Shown here: positions 30,642 through 38,547 of the stretch, one piece after another
How positions within the stretch are numbered: the first letter of the stretch is position 1
How the letters are laid out: every line of letters begins with the position of its first letter
Source of the DNA: Planctomycetota bacterium
GTDB lineage: Bacteria > Planctomycetota > GCA-2746535
Direction: 5' to 3'
NCBI GenBank assembly: GCA_002746535.1
Contig: NVWA01000005.1
Span: 22,047 to 86,046 of the forward strand
Length of the DNA: 64,000 bases
Position numbers and translations under genes: made by a program
Notes under the pieces: generated by a model
The model's database searches: none
Told to the model about the DNA's origin: nothing
What the model saw: the letters and a program-made list of their open reading frames with translations, nothing else

Positions 30642-32246
30642 ATGGTCAAAAGCAAAAACACGCCAAAAAAACTGGAAATTTATGACACTACATTGAGAGA
30701 TGGTTGTCAAGCTGAAGGAATTCAATTCTCTACACCTGATAAGATTGAATTTACTCAAATTCTAGATGATTTTGGTATTGCTTATATTGAGGGTGGCTGG
30801 CCAGGCTCAAATCCTTCTGCAATAGCATATTTTAAAGAAATACAAAAAGTAGAACTTAAAAATATTAAAGTTGCCGCATTTGGGAGCACAAGAAGAGCAA
30901 AAATATCCCCTGCGAAAGATCCTAATATAAAAGCATTATTAGATGCCAATGTACCTGTCGTAACTATTTTTGGAAAATCCTGGGACATGCATGTTACAGA
31001 TGCCCTTAGGGTACCTCTAAAAGAAAATTTAAAGATGATTGAAGAATCTGTTAGTTACTTATTAAGCAAGAAAAAAGAAGTCGTGTATGATGCGGAACAT
31101 TTTTTTGATGGATTTAAAAAAAATAAAGATTACGCCATCGAAACTATCGCTGCTGCAATAAAAGGTGGTGCCAAGACATTAGCCTTATGTGATACAAATG
31201 GCGGAACGCTTCCTCTTGAAATAGAATCCATTCTAATAGAAATAAAAAGTGAATTTCCAAATTCTAATTTTGGCATACATGCGCACAATGATTCAGGTGT
31301 TGCCATTGCCAACACACTCACAGCAATCAATTGTGGGTCATCACATATACAAGGCGTAATGAATGGATTTGGCGAAAGGTGTGGAAATGTAAACTTAATA
31401 ACTGTCATTGCTATAACTGCACTAAAAATGGGTATCAAATCTATTAAGCCGTCTAAAATAAAAAAACTTCAATATTTAAGCAAAATAGTAGATGAATTTG
31501 CTAATCAAGAAAATGACAAGCGTGCACCCTTTATCGGTGCAAGTGCATTTGCTCACAAAGGTGGTATCCATGTAAGTGCCGTACAACGCAATAGCGCTTG
31601 CTATGAACATATCGACCCCGCATTAGTTGGGAACAGACAACGAATACTTTTATCAGAGCAATCTGGACGTTCCAATATTCATCAAATTGCTGAATCTGCT
31701 GGAATAAATCTAAAAAAGCATGAGGGTTTAGATAAATTATTATTAAAACGAATCAAAGAATTAGAAGAAACGGGTTATGAATTTGAAGGCGCCCTAGCCT
31801 CTTTTGAATTAATCATGGATGATCTTTTAGAAAAGAGACAACACTATTTTGAGCCTAAAGGATTTCGAGTAATTGGCGAAAATAGAGATAACAATTCAAT
31901 CGCGGAAGCAACCGTCAAAGTAAGTGTAAACGGAACAGAACATTTAGCTGTATCAGAAGGGAATGGTCCGGTTAATGCTCTAGACCAAGCATTAAGAAAT
32001 GCCTTAAGACCATTTTTCCCTGGTATTGATAAAATATACTTGCAAGATTACAAGGTAAGAGTCTTTAGTCAAAAGCGTGCAACAGCATCAAGAGTAAGAG
32101 TATTGATTACTTCAAAAATAAAGGGCGAAAACTCCTGGAGTACTGTTGGTGTCTCAGAAGATATCATTGAAGCTTCGTGGGAAGCCCTATTGGATAGTAT
32201 TTCATATGCCTTTAAAAAATATAAGCATCTAATTTTAAAAAAATAA
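30642..32246 (+). CDS. cimA: Citramalate synthase (LeuA/CimA family)
   Basis: YDTTLRDGCQAEG, YIEGGWPGSNP, YDAEHFFDG, LCDTNGG, IHAHND, GFGERCGN, FAHKGGIH, GNGPVNALD and DYKVR. Confidence 0.9.
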   Translation: MVKSKNTPKKLEIYDTTLRDGCQAEGIQFSTPDKIEFTQILDDFGIAYIEGGWPGSNPSAIAYFKEIQKVELKNIKVAAFGSTRRAKISPAKDPNIKALLDANVPVVTIFGKSWDMHVTDALRVPLKENLKMIEESVSYLLSKKKEVVYDAEHFFDGFKKNKDYAIETIAAAIKGGAKTLALCDTNGGTLPLEIESILIEIKSEFPNSNFGIHAHNDSGVAIANTLTAINCGSSHIQGVMNGFGERCGNVNLITVIAITALKMGIKSIKPSKIKKLQYLSKIVDEFANQENDKRAPFIGASAFAHKGGIHVSAVQRNSACYEHIDPALVGNRQRILLSEQSGRSNIHQIAESAGINLKKHEGLDKLLLKRIKELEETGYEFEGALASFELIMDDLLEKRQHYFEPKGFRVIGENRDNNSIAEATVKVSVNGTEHLAVSEGNGPVNALDQALRNALRPFFPGIDKIYLQDYKVRVFSQKRATASRVRVLITSKIKGENSWSTVGVSEDIIEASWEALLDSISYAFKKYKHLILKK

Positions 32247-33851
32247 ATGAAAATTTTAGCCATTGAAACAAGTTCAACATATGGCAGCATTGCCTTATTT
32301 GACGAGACTAATTTAATCCAAGAGACTCCATTTAAAACAAATGAAAATTTTGGACAAAATATTTTTCTTTATATTAAAGAAATTCTTTCGTCAAATAATC
32401 TTTCGATTAAAGATATTGATTTAATCGGAGTCAGTCATGGTCCTGGCTCTTATACAGGATTACGAGTTGGAATTACATGTGCAAACACTCTTTCATGGGT
32501 TAATAAAATCCCCATAATTGGTATTAGCTCACTTTTTTCAATGGCTATTAACACAACCATTTTAGAAGAATCTGTAAATGCGATCATATATAGCAACCCC
32601 AAGGAAGCTTTTTTTGGTCAATATAAATTCGAAAATAATAAATGGAAAACCATCATAACAGATCAAAAAATTCAGTGGAATGATTTAGACGATCATATAA
32701 CACCAAACCAAGAATTCTTTTATTTTGGAAACAAACCTATTCCTATAGAAATCAAAAATTCAAATACCATCAGTGAATGGACACCCAAAGCAGAAAGTAT
32801 TGGAAAATCTGTATTAACTGCCTTTAATACAAATACTGAAACTAATTTTGGAACTATACAGCCAAATTATCTAAAAGACTTTGAGGTAACCCCTAAAAAA
32901 AAGCGTGCTATGAGTGATACTGATGTGATTCATGTTTTATCTGGTGAGCGAAAGTGTCGCTTTGTCAGAAAACTAGTTACGGGCGGTATGGGTAGCATTT
33001 ATTTGGCAAAACAAATTGGCGTAGCAGGTTTTTCAAAAACAGTTGCCATTAAAACAATTCATCCAAATCGATTATGTGAAGACATGGTCGTCAAATTATT
33101 TCTGGATGAAGCAAAGTTAGTTGCTGACCTAATTCATGAAAATATTGTGCAAGTTTATGACCTTGGCAAACAACATGATCTATATTACATTATCATGGAA
33201 TATGTAGATGGAAAATCTATCTCACAAATATTATTGCAATTACAAAATAAAAATAAGGTATTTGACAACACCACCGCATGTGTCATAGGTTCAAAAATTG
33301 CAAAAGCACTTCATTATGCTCATTCAAAAACTGATGATAATGGAAATCCACTTGGAATAGTACATAGAGATGTTACCCCAGGAAACATAATGATTAGCAC
33401 TGAAGGAGTCGTGAAATTAGCTGACTTTGGAATTGCAAAAGCTTTACATATTGATGGACCAGATGAGAAAAAAATGATCATGGGGAAGCTACCCTATATG
33501 TCCCCTGAACAAATTCACGCTCTAGGCACCGACTCAAGAACTGATATATTCACATTAGGCCTTGTCATGTATGAAATGCTTACCTGTAAGCGTGTTTTTG
33601 ATGATATTAAAAATCGAAAAGATTTAATTCACAAAATGAATAATTATAGAATTATTTCTCCCAATAAAATTAATCCAAAAATATCTGATGACGTAAATGC
33701 CGTAATTATGAAAAGTTTAAATCTTGATAAAGAGGAACGCTATCAAAGTGCAGAGGATTTTCAAAACGACCTCAAATTAATTCTGTACGGAAATGGCTTT
33801 ATTGATCCCCAATTAATATTGAAAGATTTCCTAAAAAAGACTTATACCTAA
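32247..33851 (+). CDS. tsaB: In-frame fusion: TsaB (t6A biosynthesis, 32247-32909) plus Hanks-type Ser/Thr protein kinase (32910-33851)
   Basis: TsaB: MKILAIETS, DLIGVSHGPGSYTGLRVG, QPNYL. Kinase: GGMGSIY, VAIK, EAK, HENIV, IMEYVDG, HRDVTPGN, DFG, YMSPEQ, DIFTLG and ERY. Confidence 0.85.
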   Translation: MKILAIETSSTYGSIALFDETNLIQETPFKTNENFGQNIFLYIKEILSSNNLSIKDIDLIGVSHGPGSYTGLRVGITCANTLSWVNKIPIIGISSLFSMAINTTILEESVNAIIYSNPKEAFFGQYKFENNKWKTIITDQKIQWNDLDDHITPNQEFFYFGNKPIPIEIKNSNTISEWTPKAESIGKSVLTAFNTNTETNFGTIQPNYLKDFEVTPKKKRAMSDTDVIHVLSGERKCRFVRKLVTGGMGSIYLAKQIGVAGFSKTVAIKTIHPNRLCEDMVVKLFLDEAKLVADLIHENIVQVYDLGKQHDLYYIIMEYVDGKSISQILLQLQNKNKVFDNTTACVIGSKIAKALHYAHSKTDDNGNPLGIVHRDVTPGNIMISTEGVVKLADFGIAKALHIDGPDEKKMIMGKLPYMSPEQIHALGTDSRTDIFTLGLVMYEMLTCKRVFDDIKNRKDLIHKMNNYRIISPNKINPKISDDVNAVIMKSLNLDKEERYQSAEDFQNDLKLILYGNGFIDPQLILKDFLKKTYT

Positions 33852-34910
33852 ATGAGATACTGTTCTAGCTCAACATTATCTATAATATTGATTTTTTTTA
33901 TTTTATATTCACTCACCTCCTGCAAAACAAATCGCAATAGCACCAAACAAAATAAAGTAAAAGCTATCAAGTACATAATCGATCATCAAGAACAAGATGG
34001 CGCCTGGTCTGTCATCAAGCAACAGGGGAATTATCAAAATAAAGATGGCATTATAGCCGTCACCTCCATAGCTATTGTATCTCTATTAAACAATAAAGAG
34101 CCTGGATCATCTGAAAATATTAGATCATCTATCAAAAAAGGACTTGCTTATTTATTGAGAAATCAAACGTCAAAAGGAAATATAGGAAAACATAATTATG
34201 CCAATGGCCTTAGTTTTTATGCCATATCCCTGGCAATTACAAAAAAAATAATACCGCCAAATAAATCCCACAAAAAACTATTTATAAATATTTTATCAAA
34301 ACAGAGTGGAATTGGAGCATGGGATTATTCAATTGCTAATAACCACAGAAATGATCTATCCATATCAGCATGGGTTGCTTTAGGTCTCGCAGAATGTCTC
34401 AAATTAAATGACTATAAAAAAGAAGCTTCACAATCAATAAACAAGTTAAATCAAATGCTTCGTAAAGACCAAACAGGTGCAGGTGACAATTCAATTACTA
34501 CAAAAGCAGGAAGCGCCTATACTTATGGCAATAAACCTAATTTAAACTCTGGGAAAGAAACACGAAAGCCTGGATCCACAATACAAGCGATCGTCCTAAG
34601 AATTAAAGCCATCAATAATCAAACTTTTAATATTTCTAATTGGGTGTTGAAAGCTATAAACGATCAAACAAATAAAAAAATAAAACCTGAAAAGATAAAT
34701 TATTACCGTCTATTCTTTTTCACATCTACTTTGAATTTAACGCAATCATCAAATCAAAATAATTGGAAAAAGAAAACATTAAATACTATAAACAACTCTC
34801 AACAAAAGGACGGTAGCTTCCCTCTGACAACAATAAATATGAAATTTGGTGGGAAAATCATTTCGACAGCTATTACCTTATTAACAATAAATAATTTAAA
34901 TAAAAAATAA
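33852..34910 (+). CDS. Lipoprotein with prenyltransferase/squalene-oxidase (QW-like) repeats
   Basis: Lipobox LTSC; repeats HQEQDGAW, NQTSKGNI, KQSGIGAW and SQQKDGSF. ATG directly follows the kinase stop. Confidence 0.7.
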   Translation: MRYCSSSTLSIILIFFILYSLTSCKTNRNSTKQNKVKAIKYIIDHQEQDGAWSVIKQQGNYQNKDGIIAVTSIAIVSLLNNKEPGSSENIRSSIKKGLAYLLRNQTSKGNIGKHNYANGLSFYAISLAITKKIIPPNKSHKKLFINILSKQSGIGAWDYSIANNHRNDLSISAWVALGLAECLKLNDYKKEASQSINKLNQMLRKDQTGAGDNSITTKAGSAYTYGNKPNLNSGKETRKPGSTIQAIVLRIKAINNQTFNISNWVLKAINDQTNKKIKPEKINYYRLFFFTSTLNLTQSSNQNNWKKKTLNTINNSQQKDGSFPLTTINMKFGGKIISTAITLLTINNLNKK

Positions 34911-34980
34911 AGCCAGAACATATCTGTGGTGATGTTCAACACCCCCCCCTGACATCAGAAATTAAAAAAATACAACTTGC

Positions 34981-35880
34981 TTATTGTTTTCTTTTCTGAT
35001 TCCAGGCAATCAAAGGCACATCACATTCTTCTGGTAAATAATAACTGAGTTCGTCGGTAATAAAACCCAACAACTGCTTTTGAATCGGTGTACATCTATC
35101 CATCAATTCTTTTGAAACATCGCCACCATCGATAGGTCGCAAATTTCTCCAGCCATAACCAAAGTAAATGTTTTCTCGATTGATATCAGAAGTATTCGCC
35201 CCGACACTATGAAAGATTCTATTATCAAAAATAACGGCACTACCAGCTTTTAATTTTACATCAATAGCTCCATAAGGTTTCAATGACCCCTTTTCAATTG
35301 GAAGTTCGCCGTCATATCGATGACTACCAGGAATAATTTGCAATGGACCTGCATTTTCATTTTCCACTAAGTCAGTAAAGCTGAAACCTATTTTAGTATA
35401 CATCCATGGGAAAATACCGTTCTCAGAAGGAGAACCATTACAAGCCCCATCGCGATGCCAACCTATCTGTTTAAATGAATCCACCGCAACATCTTTTGTA
35501 GGCGGCCGTTGAAATAGATGACTTGTCATTAAGGCTATATGAGGACCCATCAAATCAACAATTAAAGGAAATACTTTTGGATGCACCATTAAATTCAAAA
35601 ATGAGTCATCAAATTTAATTGCATTTCGTAATATTAACTTTTCACCAGGTTTACGCTCAAAACCTTTCAAATCACCATGGCGGTGAATTTTTTCTTCTTT
35701 ATCTAAACGAGAAATTATCTTTTTAAAATTTTGAATCTCTTCTTCTTTCAAAACATTTTCAACAACAATGAATCCATTTCTTCGAAAATCACTTTTCTGC
35801 AGATTGGTTAAAGAAGCTAATTCATTCATTTGACAATCACTCGGTAAATTTTTAGATTCTAAAGTAAGGTCTTCTAACAT
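34981..35880 (-). CDS. Phytanoyl-CoA dioxygenase (PhyH) family Fe(II)/2OG dioxygenase
   Basis: FRRNGFIVVENVL, GWHRDG (HxD), LQIIPGSH and VIFDNRIFHSVGAN. Confidence 0.88.
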   Translation of the reverse strand: MLEDLTLESKNLPSDCQMNELASLTNLQKSDFRRNGFIVVENVLKEEEIQNFKKIISRLDKEEKIHRHGDLKGFERKPGEKLILRNAIKFDDSFLNLMVHPKVFPLIVDLMGPHIALMTSHLFQRPPTKDVAVDSFKQIGWHRDGACNGSPSENGIFPWMYTKIGFSFTDLVENENAGPLQIIPGSHRYDGELPIEKGSLKPYGAIDVKLKAGSAVIFDNRIFHSVGANTSDINRENIYFGYGWRNLRPIDGGDVSKELMDRCTPIQKQLLGFITDELSYYLPEECDVPLIAWNQKRKQ

Positions 35881-36029
35881 AGTTCATTTATCCATTTCAT
35901 AAAAAGTTATCATATTAATTCCAGCACAAAATATAGCGGATGACTTTTATAATATGGTGATAATCTTATTCTTTGGTAAAAATATTTCCTTGAAGAAACA
36001 AACCCTTTTTCTTTAAAATACTAAGATAT

Positions 36030-36866
36030 ATGAATCAAGAACTTTATAGCTTTAGCCAGCAATTGGACTGGATAAGCCAAGATACGAATTGCTTTATCAA
36101 TCTGGAAGATTTAGCAGGAATAACATTTAAAATTCCAAAATTAATACTTAGAAGAGATCAATATTATCATCAGGGACCCTATTGCGAATTTGCAAAACTA
36201 AATGGTAATCAACCAAATTGCGCAAATAACAAAACACTTTCAATACAAAAAGCATTAAAACAAGAAAAAAGCTTTTCAGGTTATTGTCCATTTGGCGTTT
36301 GGGATCACGCCCAGCCTGTTTATTTTGATAAACAATGCATATGCATTATTTATGCTGGGGGTTTAAAGGGAAAGCAAAAATTAGAATCGATTAATTCGAT
36401 TTCATTTCAGGAAAATAAAATTAAAGAAATCACTTCAAGTCAGCAAAAACAAATTAAAGAAGCATGTTTGTTTATAAAGAAATCCATTCTATATATATTA
36501 AAGAATTGGATATCAGAAGGAAACACACTAAACAAAAAAAAATCCGCAGACTTTTATTACCAAGCCGTTAGTTCATATATTCAGAATCACTACCATAAAA
36601 ATATAAGCATTCAATCGATCGCATCATTATTAAATACTCATCCAAATCATTTATCAAATATTCTTAAAAATAATTCAAAGTCATCTTTCAACCAATTATT
36701 AAAACAACATAGAATTAAAAAAGCTAAAATCTTATTGATGACTGAAAATTTAAATGTTACACAAGTAGCTTATGCATGTGGCTTTCAAGATGGTAATTAT
36801 TTCAGTACGGTTTTTAAATCTGTGGTAGGCACCACACCTAAAAAGTTCCAATCAAAGAAAAAATAA
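36030..36866 (+). CDS. AraC-family regulator with a PocR-like N-terminal sensor
   Basis: C-terminal double HTH (YIQNHY...SIASLL...RIKKAKILL...VAYACGFQDGNYFSTVFK...GTTP); N-terminal HQGPYC...C...YCPFG pattern. Confidence 0.88.
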   Translation: MNQELYSFSQQLDWISQDTNCFINLEDLAGITFKIPKLILRRDQYYHQGPYCEFAKLNGNQPNCANNKTLSIQKALKQEKSFSGYCPFGVWDHAQPVYFDKQCICIIYAGGLKGKQKLESINSISFQENKIKEITSSQQKQIKEACLFIKKSILYILKNWISEGNTLNKKKSADFYYQAVSSYIQNHYHKNISIQSIASLLNTHPNHLSNILKNNSKSSFNQLLKQHRIKKAKILLMTENLNVTQVAYACGFQDGNYFSTVFKSVVGTTPKKFQSKKK

Positions 36867-36867
36867 T

Positions 36868-37320
36868 TTATTCTTTATTTTTTGAATCAATCATAATAGT
36901 AACAGGCCCATCATTTAGTAGTGACACTTTCATGTCGGCACCAAAGATACCCTTCTCAATTTTTTTACCAGTTAGTTTAGTTAATTCTTCAAGAAATTTT
37001 TGATACATCTCATTTGCATAATCTGGTTTTGCAGATTGAGTGAAAGAAGGTCGATTTCCTTTTTTGGTACTTGCAAACAATGTGAATTGGCTAACTACAA
37101 GAATATTTCCATCAATATCATTAACCGATAAATTCATCAAATCATCATTATCTTTGAAAATTCTTAATCGAGCTAATTTCCCTGAAAGCCAATCGACATC
37201 TTCCAACAAGTCATTGGGCTCAACTCCAAGAAATACAAGCAATCCTTTATCAATTTTTCCAACCACATCATCATCAACAACAACTTCAGCATGATGGACT
37301 CTTTGAATTAAAGCACGCAT
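36868..37320 (-). CDS. dtd: D-aminoacyl-tRNA deacylase
   Basis: MRALIQRV, LVVSQFTL, KGNRPSF and MKVSLLNDGPVT. Confidence 0.97.
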   Translation of the reverse strand: MRALIQRVHHAEVVVDDDVVGKIDKGLLVFLGVEPNDLLEDVDWLSGKLARLRIFKDNDDLMNLSVNDIDGNILVVSQFTLFASTKKGNRPSFTQSAKPDYANEMYQKFLEELTKLTGKKIEKGIFGADMKVSLLNDGPVTIMIDSKNKE

Positions 37321-37351
37321 AATGATAATTTATTTAGATAAGTTTAAAGAA

Positions 37352-37435
37352 TACCGGAGAACGGACTTGAACCGTTACTCCCTTGCAAGAATGGGATTTT
37401 GAATCCCACGCGTCTACCAATTCCGCCACTCCGGC
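37352..37435 (-). tRNA. tRNA-Leu (anticodon CAA)
   Basis: GCCGGAGTGGCGGAATTGGTAGACGCGTGGGATT-CAA-AATCCCA...GGTTCAAGTCCGTTCTCCGGTA forms a cloverleaf with a long variable arm. 84 nt; CCA not encoded. Confidence 0.96.
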
Positions 37436-37465
37436 ATTTTGAAGATCTCATAAAGAGGGCGATGG

Positions 37466-37493
37466 AGTATATAAAGTTGTAATAATGTGTCAA
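37466..37493 (-). promoter_or_regulatory. Sigma70-type promoter of tRNA-Leu (probably also dtd)
   Basis: TTGACA-N16-TATACT on the minus strand, about 30 nt upstream of the tRNA 5' end. Confidence 0.7.
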
Positions 37494-37499
37494 TTATTT

Positions 37500-38504
37500 T
37501 TATAAAGATTCAATGGCATCAGCGATTCTTTGTATGCCCAAGCCATCAATTAGCTCTTTAGATTTTGCTGAAAGAGATTGTCTTAATTCAATTGAATTCA
37601 TAAAAGCATTTACAGCGTTCACGATGTTATCTTCTTTGATTTCATTCCAATGTCCGGCATAGCAAATCACACCTTCTTTTTGTAAATATTCCAATAAAGA
37701 TCTTTGATTTTCATTTGTTGAAATCAGTATTTGAGGTACCCCTAAATACATCAGCTCATAAGATGTCACACCACCTTTGCCTAAAGCTAAATCAAATTTA
37801 GGATACCGATGTTCAACTCTTTTTACATTTCTATTTATTTCAATGTCATCTGAAATACCAAGTAATCTTTTTTCTGTAAAGCCAACTCTTTTATTACACG
37901 TCCCAAGTAAGACGGTATGCTGGCAATCTTCTAGTACAGCATAGAGCATACTCATAAGCGCTAAAGTTATTTCTTTATTGTCAGCCCCACCCATTGTCAA
38001 TAATACAGAGCCAATGTGTTTTTTAATTACAGCTTTGGGGGATTTCAAAATAGCTTTTTTAATAAAATGATACTTAGGACCCACAAGGGATTTTTTTAGA
38101 TTAACATTTTTGGGCTCTTTAACCTGAATGGATGAAATAAATAAATCAATTGGAATTTTAATGTTATCTATAAACGATTCTTTAATTAAAACTATTTTAG
38201 AAGGGTTTAATTTATTAAAATAAAGTTCCGAATCAACGGCACTCGTCAAAAGTAACAGGCATTCATTAAAAGAATTCTTATCTAAAATTTCAGATAACTG
38301 TTCTTTGCCTGACCCTTCTGGCTTAATAACAATATTATGAAGAGAATTTTTAAAATATTTTTCTCCCAAAGGGGCATTTGTAATTATGGTAACTTCATAA
38401 TTACGAGTGGCTAATTCTTCGGCGATTGAATTAGCACTAGATACCATACCCAAACCATATTCATTGGTGGCATCCGCTTGTATTAGAACTTGTTTATTGC
38501 TCAT
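37500..38504 (-). CDS. PseG/SpsG-like GT-B fold protein lacking the catalytic His
   Basis: VLIQADATNEYGLG, LVGPKY, VLLTMGGAD and GGVTSYELMYLGVP...ENQ follow the PseG/SpsG layout. Confidence 0.75.
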   Translation of the reverse strand: MSNKQVLIQADATNEYGLGMVSSANSIAEELATRNYEVTIITNAPLGEKYFKNSLHNIVIKPEGSGKEQLSEILDKNSFNECLLLLTSAVDSELYFNKLNPSKIVLIKESFIDNIKIPIDLFISSIQVKEPKNVNLKKSLVGPKYHFIKKAILKSPKAVIKKHIGSVLLTMGGADNKEITLALMSMLYAVLEDCQHTVLLGTCNKRVGFTEKRLLGISDDIEINRNVKRVEHRYPKFDLALGKGGVTSYELMYLGVPQILISTNENQRSLLEYLQKEGVICYAGHWNEIKEDNIVNAVNAFMNSIELRQSLSAKSKELIDGLGIQRIADAIESL

Positions 38505-38547
38505 CAGCCTTAAATATTTTAATTAAATACGGTTAATAAGAGTAATT

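Noticed and set aside
37352-37435. tRNA-Leu as the attachment site of an integrated island
   Set aside because: I found no duplicated tRNA 3' end and no integrase, and the downstream gene is housekeeping dtd.
37458-37468. GGCGATGGAGT, resembling the 5' end of a fluoride riboswitch
   Set aside because: The pairing partners (UUCGCC, ACUCC) are absent, the segment overlaps the minus-strand tRNA promoter, and no crcB-type gene follows.
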